From the IMG/VR virus record IMGVR_UViG_3300025584_000018: 26,540 bases of DNA. One strand, written 5' to 3'. Below the pieces are notes generated by a model. That model was not told the DNA's origin. It made no database searches and worked only from the letters and a program-made list of their open reading frames with translations. Positions 15,136-22,441 of the stretch are shown here, piece by piece. Source of the stretch: a virus. The position numbers and the translations under genes were made by a program. Within the stretch, counting starts at the first letter, position 1. The number at the start of each line of letters is the position of its first letter.

Positions 15136-15570
15136 TTATTCTTCTCCGAGTTTGTGATTTAAAAAATCTTTTTGTTTTTTGATTGCTTTCTTTAACGCTA
15201 CTTTCCGTTCCTTATCCATAGCAAGTAACATCTGTTGTTTAGTTCTACGTTTCGTTTTCTTCTTGGATGGTATAACTTTCGTAGGTTTTAATGTACCTTT
15301 GAGTTTAGGTTGTTCTTTACCCTTATGAAAAACATTACCATCCACATCAACAAATTCTGACATCCAATGCCATCCAACTGGACGACCGGTTGGACTATAT
15401 GCTGATTTTGATTTTTCAACTGGGTAGTCTCGTGCCATAACCATATTAACACACATACTACACTTTACGGATACCGCTTCATCTCCTACACTTTTAACTT
15501 CACGTCCACATGAACATTCCATATAACGAATTCCATCTACTTCATATGAGTTACTTACTTTTTGTTTCAT
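15136..15570 (-). CDS. Zn-ribbon-containing hypothetical protein (144 aa)
   Basis: CSCG...CSMC; GRPVGWHWMSEFVDVDGNVFHKGKEQ; basic C-terminus. Confidence 0.8.
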   Translation of the reverse strand: MKQKVSNSYEVDGIRYMECSCGREVKSVGDEAVSVKCSMCVNMVMARDYPVEKSKSAYSPTGRPVGWHWMSEFVDVDGNVFHKGKEQPKLKGTLKPTKVIPSKKKTKRRTKQQMLLAMDKERKVALKKAIKKQKDFLNHKLGEE

Positions 15571-15585
15571 TTTGTTTTCCTTTGT

Positions 15586-15921
15586 TTATGCGACACCAAT
15601 GTCGCCTGTTTGTATTGCGTCATTAATTTTTTCTTCTAATACATCATCTAGTATGTCATCAAATGTTTTACCACTATTCCAATTATGTTTACTATCCATA
15701 AATAATACTGGTTGTCCATGCTCTACTTTTAAATTTTCATATGTAGCGTCCTTATCAACTTCAATCAAATGTAAAATCATATGGTCATTCATATCTTGAA
15801 ATAAATCCATCATTTCTACCATTTCATCTTCTGTCTTACCGTGGTATATTGTTTTAATGTCATTTGAGTTTATGCCTATGTCATCATCCGACATTACAAG
15901 TAACCAACTTTTAGTATGCAT
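15586..15921 (-). CDS. Acidic hypothetical protein (111 aa)
   Basis: ORF track. Confidence 0.75.
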   Translation of the reverse strand: MHTKSWLLVMSDDDIGINSNDIKTIYHGKTEDEMVEMMDLFQDMNDHMILHLIEVDKDATYENLKVEHGQPVLFMDSKHNWNSGKTFDDILDDVLEEKINDAIQTGDIGVA

Positions 15922-16243
15922 CTTCAGATCCTTTATATTCTATAAATGGGATATTATTATCAAATTTAACATTACCTTCAACATCAGTATCTTCAAATAA
16001 AACATTCATTCTATTTCCAATGGATTTTTTCAATCTTTCCGCTTTATCCATTAATTGCCAACGACTATATTTTTCTGACCAAACTGGAAAATTCTTTGGG
16101 ACCGTTTTAATAGTAACAGATATTGTATTTTTCCAATAAGTGTTGCTAGAAGTTATCGAAGCATTAAATCCCATTTTCTTTAACATCGGAATTAACTCTT
16201 TACGATATTTACCTGCTAATTTTTTTACTTCATTATATACCAT
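15911..16243 (-). CDS. Hypothetical protein (110 aa)
   Basis: ORF track; first gene after promoter 16271-16299. Confidence 0.8.
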   Translation of the reverse strand: MVYNEVKKLAGKYRKELIPMLKKMGFNASITSSNTYWKNTISVTIKTVPKNFPVWSEKYSRWQLMDKAERLKKSIGNRMNVLFEDTDVEGNVKFDNNIPFIEYKGSEDAY

Positions 16244-16270
16244 ATGATTTTGTCCTTTTAGTTTCCTTTG

Positions 16271-16299
16271 ATCTTACAACAAAAAAATGAGAAAGTCAA
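16271..16299 (-). promoter_or_regulatory. sigma70-like promoter TTGACT-N17-TAAGAT
   Basis: Shares 18 bp AAAAATAACACTTGACTT (16293-16310) with the promoter at 16796-16813. Confidence 0.7.
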
Positions 16300-16309
16300 G
16301 TGTTATTTT

Positions 16310-16546
16310 TTATAATTCTGGGTGTGATTTGTCAAACCAAAAATCTTCATCATTAACATATTCCATATCTATATAGTCCATAATTTCGCCAGCAAGATTT
16401 TCATTAAATTTCCAAAAATCATCGCCAGACATTTCATTAATTTTTGTTATGTGAACTTCATCACTCGTTACATTCCACGATACATTATAATAAATATTAG
16501 TATCTTCATCAAAATACTCAAACTCTTCATCAAAAAACCAAGTCAT
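16310..16546 (-). CDS. Highly acidic small protein (78 aa)
   Basis: 22 D/E versus 3 K/R; aromatic-rich. Confidence 0.8.
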   Translation of the reverse strand: MTWFFDEEFEYFDEDTNIYYNVSWNVTSDEVHITKINEMSGDDFWKFNENLAGEIMDYIDMEYVNDEDFWFDKSHPEL

Positions 16547-16747
16547 TTATCTATCTCCTAAATATTCTGGTTCTGATATCATATTTAATACTTCATCATC
16601 ATAAAGTTCTATTCCAACATTTTCTTCATATGCTCTCATAGGCATTTCTTCATTATATTCCAATTCAATATCATATAACTCACCAACATCAGGACCGTCA
16701 TATCTATCATCTATGAAATTTAATTCTGTATCATTTGTCGAGTTCAT
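16547..16747 (-). CDS. Highly acidic small protein (66 aa; probable start MNSTND)
   Basis: GGAG RBS precedes ATG 16747; 21 D/E versus 3 K/R. Confidence 0.75.
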   Translation of the reverse strand: MNSTNDTELNFIDDRYDGPDVGELYDIELEYNEEMPMRAYEENVGIELYDDEVLNMISEPEYLGDR

Positions 16748-16773
16748 TAGTTTCTCCATTTAATTTCTATTAG

Positions 16774-16802
16774 AATATACGGAAAAGATCAATACAAGTC
16801 AA
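16774..16802 (-). promoter_or_regulatory. sigma70-like promoter TTGACT-N17-TATATT
   Basis: -35 at 16802-16797, -10 at 16779-16774. Confidence 0.75.
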
Positions 16803-16815
16803 GTGTTATTTTTGT

Positions 16816-17757
16816 TTATTTATTTTTATTTTCTACGACTGGATAGTGTATTCCACGATCTTGTGGGACTGTTGGAGTTTCCTTTATAACTTTTGTTTCT
16901 TCTATAACCTTATCTAACTTTTTTTCAGTAATATCCGGTTCTATTGTTTCTTTAACAAGTTTCTCAAATAATGGTTTATCTTCACCATATAGTTTCCACC
17001 ACTTTTTTCGTTTCTTTGGTTCTGTATTTTCTGGTGGAGTGTGATGTTCTGCTCTATGAACCATTGCTATGTTATATGCAATAACTAATACGACAGCCAT
17101 TGGGTCAAACACGAAAATGAGGATGAATATAAAAAACTTAACTACTGTATCTATATCGGTTTTGAATGTTCTGGCAAGATAGATAGCTGGACCTACATCA
17201 ACACCGGTTTCAATTAATACTGTTTTTAAATCTCCAATATCTTCTTTAATATCTAATATTTGTTCATTTAGGTTTAAAATTTTTGGGTTGTAATCTTCAC
17301 GGAGTTTTCGTCTGGCTGTAATATAGTTGTCCGGTAATAATGCTACAGATTGTTCTAATTCACTTTTTAGATATACCTTATCTTCTTCTAACTGTTCTAA
17401 TCTATCTTCTTTGTAAATCAGTTTTGTAGATTGTTTCTCAAACTCTACTGTGGCCCCTTGATAGGCATTGGATAAGAATCCGAATATACCTGCTGATGTA
17501 ATTCCAACTAAAGTTATTGTTCCAACCAATAGATAAGTTTTCATAAACCCATTTATTTTAGTCCAATACCGATATAAGAATGATGCTGTTACTAACTTTG
17601 CAAACTCTAATGATCCTGCCATTATCACTACTGCTAATGCTGCTCCGGCGAATAATTTTGATAATCCATATACTGAATAGAATGCCGCACTACCCGCTAC
17701 GAGTAGTGCTGCTAATCCTACTAAATATGGAAATGTTTTACTATTTTGCGTCTCCAC
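16816..17757 (-). CDS. Multi-TM plus coiled-coil phage membrane protein (313 aa, GTG start)
   Basis: About three N-terminal TM helices (AAFYSVYGL, SLEFAKLV, ITSAGIFGFLS), coiled coil, TM with FDPMAV; family recognised from large myophages, function unknown. Confidence 0.8.
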   Translation of the reverse strand: METQNSKTFPYLVGLAALLVAGSAAFYSVYGLSKLFAGAALAVVIMAGSLEFAKLVTASFLYRYWTKINGFMKTYLLVGTITLVGITSAGIFGFLSNAYQGATVEFEKQSTKLIYKEDRLEQLEEDKVYLKSELEQSVALLPDNYITARRKLREDYNPKILNLNEQILDIKEDIGDLKTVLIETGVDVGPAIYLARTFKTDIDTVVKFFIFILIFVFDPMAVVLVIAYNIAMVHRAEHHTPPENTEPKKRKKWWKLYGEDKPLFEKLVKETIEPDITEKKLDKVIEETKVIKETPTVPQDRGIHYPVVENKNK

Positions 17758-17778
17758 ATGATCTCTCCAATTACTTTG

Positions 17779-17964
17779 TTATTCATCTTCTAACTCGATG
17801 AGATTTAAAATAATAGATATTTTATCTTCCATTATTTCTAATCTACCAGCGAGTTCTTTTACTGGAATAACCTTTCCTTCGGCGTCGAATAAGTTTGACC
17901 TTAATCTCTCCATCGAAAGTTGTAACTGTTCAATATGTTCTAATATTCTATTTTTTCTTAACAT
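17779..17964 (-). CDS. Small coiled-coil hypothetical protein (61 aa)
   Basis: Heptad Leu/Ile pattern; ATATTTAT at 17992-17985 upstream. Confidence 0.75.
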   Translation of the reverse strand: MLRKNRILEHIEQLQLSMERLRSNLFDAEGKVIPVKELAGRLEIMEDKISIILNLIELEDE

Positions 17965-18004
17965 TTAATGTATCCTTAATAGTAATAAATATAATATATA
18001 TTAA

Positions 18005-18190
18005 CTATTGTTTAGATTCTTCTACTGATGCTTTTCTATATCCGGTAACTAATTTCTTCAATTCACCGAGAGCTTTTCGTGCTCTACCACCTGCTGCTTT
18101 GTTACCCTTTTCAGAATATATTTCATGGTTTTCTGAAAATTCAGTGTATAGTTTAGTAATCTGTTCGTTTAGTTCATTTAATTTACTCAT
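18005..18190 (-). CDS. Histone H1-like protein, Hc1 family (61 aa)
   Basis: EKGNKAAGGRARKALGELKKLVTGYRKASVEESK matches the Hc1 core GNKAAxxRxRKxxxELxKLxxxYRKxS. Confidence 0.8.
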   Translation of the reverse strand: MSKLNELNEQITKLYTEFSENHEIYSEKGNKAAGGRARKALGELKKLVTGYRKASVEESKQ

Positions 18191-18767
18191 CGTTTTTCTC
18201 CTCGTTAATGTTTAGTCCGAGAGATTTTAACATTCCCTCTTTCACTATTTCTTTATTTTCTTCTGGGGTATCTTTCCATTGCCAAGCGTAAGTTCCTTTG
18301 AGTTCATGTATCTTCTCTGTAAGTTTCTTTACACTTTCTTCTAAATACTTACTATCATCTTTTTTAATTTTAGAAATGTCAATTCCTAATTCCATTGCTA
18401 TTTCCATCACTCTTGACCAATCTTTATTCTTTACTGATCCTAATGCTTCTTTGTATAAATCTACTAATTTATTATGCCTAACTTGAGAAATATTTTTGTT
18501 TTCAAGTTTATCAGGATGAGTTTTTTGAGCTATCTTTTTAAATACTATATTCACATCCTTTTCTGGAATATCATATTCAATAGGATCCGTAGCTACTCTT
18601 TTAGCATCTTTAGAAGTTTTTTTCTTTCTAAAATACTCACCAAATTCCTTTTCAAACTCAACTAAACTATCATTAAAAATAAATGTAGTTTCTTCAAGTT
18701 CAGTTTTTAAATATAGGATTTGATGTTGTAACTTTTTTCTTTTTAATTCTAATAACTTATCATTCAC
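18183..18767 (-). CDS. J-domain (HPD) co-chaperone-like protein (194 aa)
   Basis: VFKKIAQKTHPDKL...LVDLYKEA matches J-domain helix II-HPD-helix III; flanked by coiled coils. Confidence 0.7.
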   Translation of the reverse strand: MNDKLLELKRKKLQHQILYLKTELEETTFIFNDSLVEFEKEFGEYFRKKKTSKDAKRVATDPIEYDIPEKDVNIVFKKIAQKTHPDKLENKNISQVRHNKLVDLYKEALGSVKNKDWSRVMEIAMELGIDISKIKKDDSKYLEESVKKLTEKIHELKGTYAWQWKDTPEENKEIVKEGMLKSLGLNINEEKNDE

Positions 18768-18994
18768 TACGACTGTGGCATATTATATCTATTCAACCAA
18801 ATGTATAAAGCTTCTTTTTCATCTTTACTCAACAACTCAAATATTTCTGGTTGGACTGGGAGTTCTATTAAATCTATTCTATCTTCACCGTCACCATAAA
18901 CTCTTTTACCATCACCTTCTCCTGGATCAATTCCAAGTTCTTTTAATCTACGTATTAAAATTTTAAAGTTGACCATTTCCTGTTTATTGGACAT
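18767..18994 (-). CDS. Hypothetical protein (75 aa)
   Basis: AGGAG RBS; ATATTTAT at 19023-19016. Confidence 0.75.
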   Translation of the reverse strand: MSNKQEMVNFKILIRRLKELGIDPGEGDGKRVYGDGEDRIDLIELPVQPEIFELLSKDEKEALYIWLNRYNMPQS

Positions 18995-19032
18995 AATATA
19001 CTTCTCCTGTTGGTAATAAATATAGATTTTAC

Positions 19033-19215
19033 CTAAATATCATCAAATTCTGCGTCTATTATAGTCATACAGAAATAGAACTTATTACCATTGCGAAGTA
19101 CTGCGTCTGCACCGTATTTATCTTTCCAGTAATCTGTTCCCTTTTCATTTGTTTTATCTACATCCATTTTACCTAATACTTGATATAAAGTATCTTTTAC
19201 ATTTATTATATCCAT
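19033..19215 (-). CDS. Hypothetical protein (60 aa)
   Basis: ORF track. Confidence 0.75.
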   Translation of the reverse strand: MDIINVKDTLYQVLGKMDVDKTNEKGTDYWKDKYGADAVLRNGNKFYFCMTIIDAEFDDI

Positions 19216-19230
19216 TTATAATATCCATAA

Positions 19231-19259
19231 TAGTGGGACCACTTATTGTGATCCCACTA
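19231..19259 (-). terminator. Hairpin after groEL (probable terminator or processing site)
   Basis: UAGUGGGAUCAC-AAUAA-GUGGUCCCACUA, 12-bp stem with one U-G; only a short U tract follows. Confidence 0.55.
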
Positions 19260-19270
19260 CCAATGTGGAT

Positions 19271-20902
19271 TTACATCATGCCTGGCATTCCACCCATTCC
19301 GCCTGGTGGCATCATAGGTGATGTGTCGTCACTTGGAATTTCCGTAATAACGGCCTCCGTTGTGAGTAACATACCAGCGATTGAACTTGCGTTCTCTACT
19401 GCTACACGTGTAACCTTAGCTGGATCAATAATGCCAGCCTTGAACATATCTACATATTCTCCACTACGAGCATCAAACCCAGTTCCATTTTTACTATTAA
19501 GAACTTCACGTGCTACGACGGAAGATTCTTCACCAGCATTTTCACAGATTTGACGAAGTGGTGCTTGAAGTGCTTTTCTCATGATATTCACTCCAACCAT
19601 TTGTTCATCATCTACTGATACATCGTCAAGAGCTGAAATAGCACGAAGTAGAGTAACACCACCACCAGCGACGATACCTTCTTCAACTGCTGCTCGGGTT
19701 GCGTGTAACGCATCTTCCACACGAGCTTTCTTCTCTTTCATTTCAACTTCAGTTGGTGCTCCAACATTTAGTACTGCAACTCCACCACTTAGTTTAGCAA
19801 GTCGCTCTTGTAACTTCTCAATATCATAATCGGAAGTGGATTTTTCAATCTGAACTTTGATTTCATTAATACGAGATTTAATTGTATCTACATCACCACT
19901 ACCACCAACGACGGTTGTATTGTCTTTGTCGGATACAACACGTGAACAGGTTCCCATAAAATCAAGAGTTGTGTTCTCTAATTTATGACCAGCTTCTTCA
20001 GAAATTACGGTTGCTCCGGTGAGTGCCGCAATATCTTCTAACATTGATTTACGTCTGTCTCCAAATCCTGGTGCCTTCACTGCAAGAACTTTGAATGTTC
20101 CACGGAGTTTATTCACTACGAGTGCCGCGAGTGCTTCACCATCTACATCTTCAGCTACTATGACGATTGGTTTTCCTGTCTGAACTACTTTCTCCAAAAT
20201 AGGTAGAACGTCTTTCACATTGGAAATCTTCTTGTCATGTAATAAGATATATGGATCTTCAAGAACTGCTTCCATATTATCAGAATCGGTTACGAAGTAT
20301 GGTGAAAGATAACCACGATCAAATTGCATTCCTTCTACGAAATCCAAATATGTTTCAGCTGTCTTACTTTCTTCTACAGTAATAACACCGTCTTTACCAA
20401 CTTTTTCCATTGCCTCAGCAATCTTTCCACCAATCTCACTATCATCATTTGCTGAGATTGTAGCTACTTGAGCAATTTGATTTGAATCTGGAAGGTCTTT
20501 AGCTGCGTTACGGATGGACTCTACAACTTTACTTGATGCAAAATCAATCCCACGTTTAATGGACATTGGATTTGCACCCGCTGTAACATTCTTCACTCCT
20601 TCGTTTATGATGGCCTGTGCGAGAACCGTGGCGGTAGTTGTACCATCACCAGCTATATCAGATGTTCTTGACGCAACTTCTTTCAATAACTCTGCCCCTA
20701 CACTTTCAAACTTATCTTCAAGTTCAATTTCCTTTGCTACTGTAACCCCATCTTTGGTTATGAGCGGAGAACCGAACTTCTTTTCAATAACTACATTCCT
20801 ACCCTTTGGACCTAATGTAACCTTAACCGCGTTTGCAAGTTGGTCTACACCAGACATCAAAGCTGAGTGGGATTGAGCATTGTATTTTATTTCTTTAGCC
20901 AT
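19271..20902 (-). CDS. groEL: Chaperonin GroEL (543 aa)
   Basis: [57 protein letters not shown] tail. Confidence 0.99.
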   Translation of the reverse strand: MAKEIKYNAQSHSALMSGVDQLANAVKVTLGPKGRNVVIEKKFGSPLITKDGVTVAKEIELEDKFESVGAELLKEVASRTSDIAGDGTTTATVLAQAIINEGVKNVTAGANPMSIKRGIDFASSKVVESIRNAAKDLPDSNQIAQVATISANDDSEIGGKIAEAMEKVGKDGVITVEESKTAETYLDFVEGMQFDRGYLSPYFVTDSDNMEAVLEDPYILLHDKKISNVKDVLPILEKVVQTGKPIVIVAEDVDGEALAALVVNKLRGTFKVLAVKAPGFGDRRKSMLEDIAALTGATVISEEAGHKLENTTLDFMGTCSRVVSDKDNTTVVGGSGDVDTIKSRINEIKVQIEKSTSDYDIEKLQERLAKLSGGVAVLNVGAPTEVEMKEKKARVEDALHATRAAVEEGIVAGGGVTLLRAISALDDVSVDDEQMVGVNIMRKALQAPLRQICENAGEESSVVAREVLNSKNGTGFDARSGEYVDMFKAGIIDPAKVTRVAVENASSIAGMLLTTEAVITEIPSDDTSPMMPPGGMGGMPGMM

Positions 20903-20911
20903 TTCATTCTC

Positions 20912-21202
20912 CTATAACTTAGCCATTATGTCATTCTCACGAACAATTAATAAATCACTTCCATCAATATTGATTTCAGTTCCACTATATTTTCCATATA
21001 GGACTTCATCATTTACACTAACGGATGGACTTACTAATGTTCCACTATCAGTTGTCCTGCCTGGACCAACTGCTACTACTTTACCGCGTTGCGGTTTTTC
21101 TTGTGCCGTATCGGGAAGAATAATTCCACCGGTGGAAACTTCATCAGCTTCTGCGGCTTCTATAACTACTCTATCCGATAACGGATTGATACTATAACTC
21201 AT
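20912..21202 (-). CDS. groES: Co-chaperonin GroES (96 aa)
   Basis: [44 protein letters not shown]. Confidence 0.98.
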   Translation of the reverse strand: MSYSINPLSDRVVIEAAEADEVSTGGIILPDTAQEKPQRGKVVAVGPGRTTDSGTLVSPSVSVNDEVLYGKYSGTEINIDGSDLLIVRENDIMAKL

Positions 21203-21239
21203 TTTACTTTCTCCTGTATTTATTAGTTATATTATTTTG

Positions 21240-21319
21240 ATATAATAAAAGTGGGCTCGGTTGTTTTTAAGTTTGTTTATAATGGAAACTAAAAATTGGT
21301 TGAACCCACTCTATTATAT
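21240..21319. other. Long interrupted hairpin between hsp20 and groES
   Basis: ATATAATA/TATTATAT, AGTGGGCTC/GAACCCACT and TTTTTAAGTTT/AAACTAAAAA arms. Confidence 0.65.
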
Positions 21320-21338
21320 AATAGTAATAATTTCTATT

Positions 21339-21812
21339 TTATGAAATTTTTACTATATTAACCATCGGAATTTCTGGTTCTATTTTGGGAAGTTCTATAG
21401 ATAATATACCATCTTCAAATTTAGCTGATATATTTTCTCCATCAAGTAATTCACCTAATTCAAATGAACGTTTGAATGAAGATTGCTTCAACTCTCTACG
21501 AAGTACTTTAGCACCGTCAACGTCAAATGTATTATGTTTATTACCTGAAATAGTTAAGATACCATCTTCAACTTGAATGTTCAAATCCTTCTTACGAAGT
21601 CCTGGAATTTCTGCGATGATGCCAACTTTATCATCCCATTCATAAACATTTATTTTTGGATACGATGAACCTTTATACGGATTCACCCCAACCGTCTTTG
21701 CTATGTCTGGAAATTGTGTGTTTACCACTTGGTCAAATAATGCGTCAAATGGTGTTAAGAATGTATCTCTATCGAAAAAAGGGATACCTGTGTGAAGTGC
21801 AACTTTAGTCAT
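21339..21812 (-). CDS. hsp20: Small heat-shock protein, Hsp20 / alpha-crystallin family (157 aa; start MTKVAL)
   Basis: YPKINVYE, IAEIPGLRKKDLNIQVEDGILTISG, RELKQSSFKRSF, ISAKFEDGILSIELPK; AGGAG RBS at the corrected start. Confidence 0.95.
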   Translation of the reverse strand: MTKVALHTGIPFFDRDTFLTPFDALFDQVVNTQFPDIAKTVGVNPYKGSSYPKINVYEWDDKVGIIAEIPGLRKKDLNIQVEDGILTISGNKHNTFDVDGAKVLRRELKQSSFKRSFELGELLDGENISAKFEDGILSIELPKIEPEIPMVNIVKIS

Positions 21813-21848
21813 GTTATTTCTCCTGTTAGTTACGTTAGTCAACTATGA

Positions 21849-21908
21849 ACATCAATCTCTTTTGAGCCTTGACATTCGGTTATGTTATTGTCCTCTATTG
21901 AGCGACAA
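21849..21908 (-). promoter_or_regulatory. Two tandem hairpins with GCUC-AAWA-GAG apices in the hsp20 5' UTR
   Basis: UUGUC-G-CUC-AAUA-GAG-GACAA (21908-21888) and AUGUCAA-GG-CUC-AAAA-GAG-A-UUGAUGU (21875-21849). Confidence 0.55.
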
Positions 21909-21943
21909 ATTTTTATACTCATCTATATATATCACGTAATTTT

Positions 21944-22441
21944 TCAAAACGTCTTTTTATTTTTAAAATCAAAAAATTCGCCGGACTTATTTTCAGCATA
22001 ACTATTAGTTGGATGAGTGTCATCAAATCTATAATGATATGTTAATGCATCTGCACACACTATATTCTTGTCTAATATATCTAATATTTCTTGTGTAGGA
22101 TTTGGACCTGCCAATCTTTCTTTACATAACTGAACATTATCTTCCATCAGTTCTACACCATAGGTAGTGGATAATGCCTGTTCTAATGTACAATTACTTT
22201 GTTCCATTTTTCTTATTACTACTTCTGAAAGGAATTGGCCATCTCCACAAGATGGTTCTAAAAATGTTTTATTTGAATTTAAAAATAACTCCGGATCTTC
22301 TTTTTCAAGTATATCTAATTTTTCTTGTATATCTTTAGTAGGTGTAAATACTTCTGAAGTTTCTTTAACTCTAAGTTTATCTCGTTCAATTCCACTCATA
22401 TAACTAAAATGACGACTATGTTTAATAAACTCCTTTATCAT
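21944..22441 (-). CDS. SAM-binding half of an N6-adenine methyltransferase, no NPPY motif (165 aa; start MIKEFI)
   Basis: EVFTP, FLEPSCGDGQFL, YGVELMEDN, NIVCADAL, then ends; ATG overlaps the stop of the large gene (TAATG). Confidence 0.8.
   Translation of the reverse strand: MIKEFIKHSRHFSYMSGIERDKLRVKETSEVFTPTKDIQEKLDILEKEDPELFLNSNKTFLEPSCGDGQFLSEVVIRKMEQSNCTLEQALSTTYGVELMEDNVQLCKERLAGPNPTQEILDILDKNIVCADALTYHYRFDDTHPTNSYAENKSGEFFDFKNKKTF

Noticed and set aside
19271-21812. Bacterial chromosome origin suggested by groES-groEL-hsp20
   Set aside because: Flanks on both sides are phage-type small ORFs with the same RBS and promoter style; no other housekeeping context
21203-21943. CIRCE/HrcA operator or classical ROSE thermometer for the chaperone genes
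   Set aside because: Only CTC-N4-GAG is present, not GCACTC-N9-GAGTGC; the SD is not sequestered in the hand-folded leader
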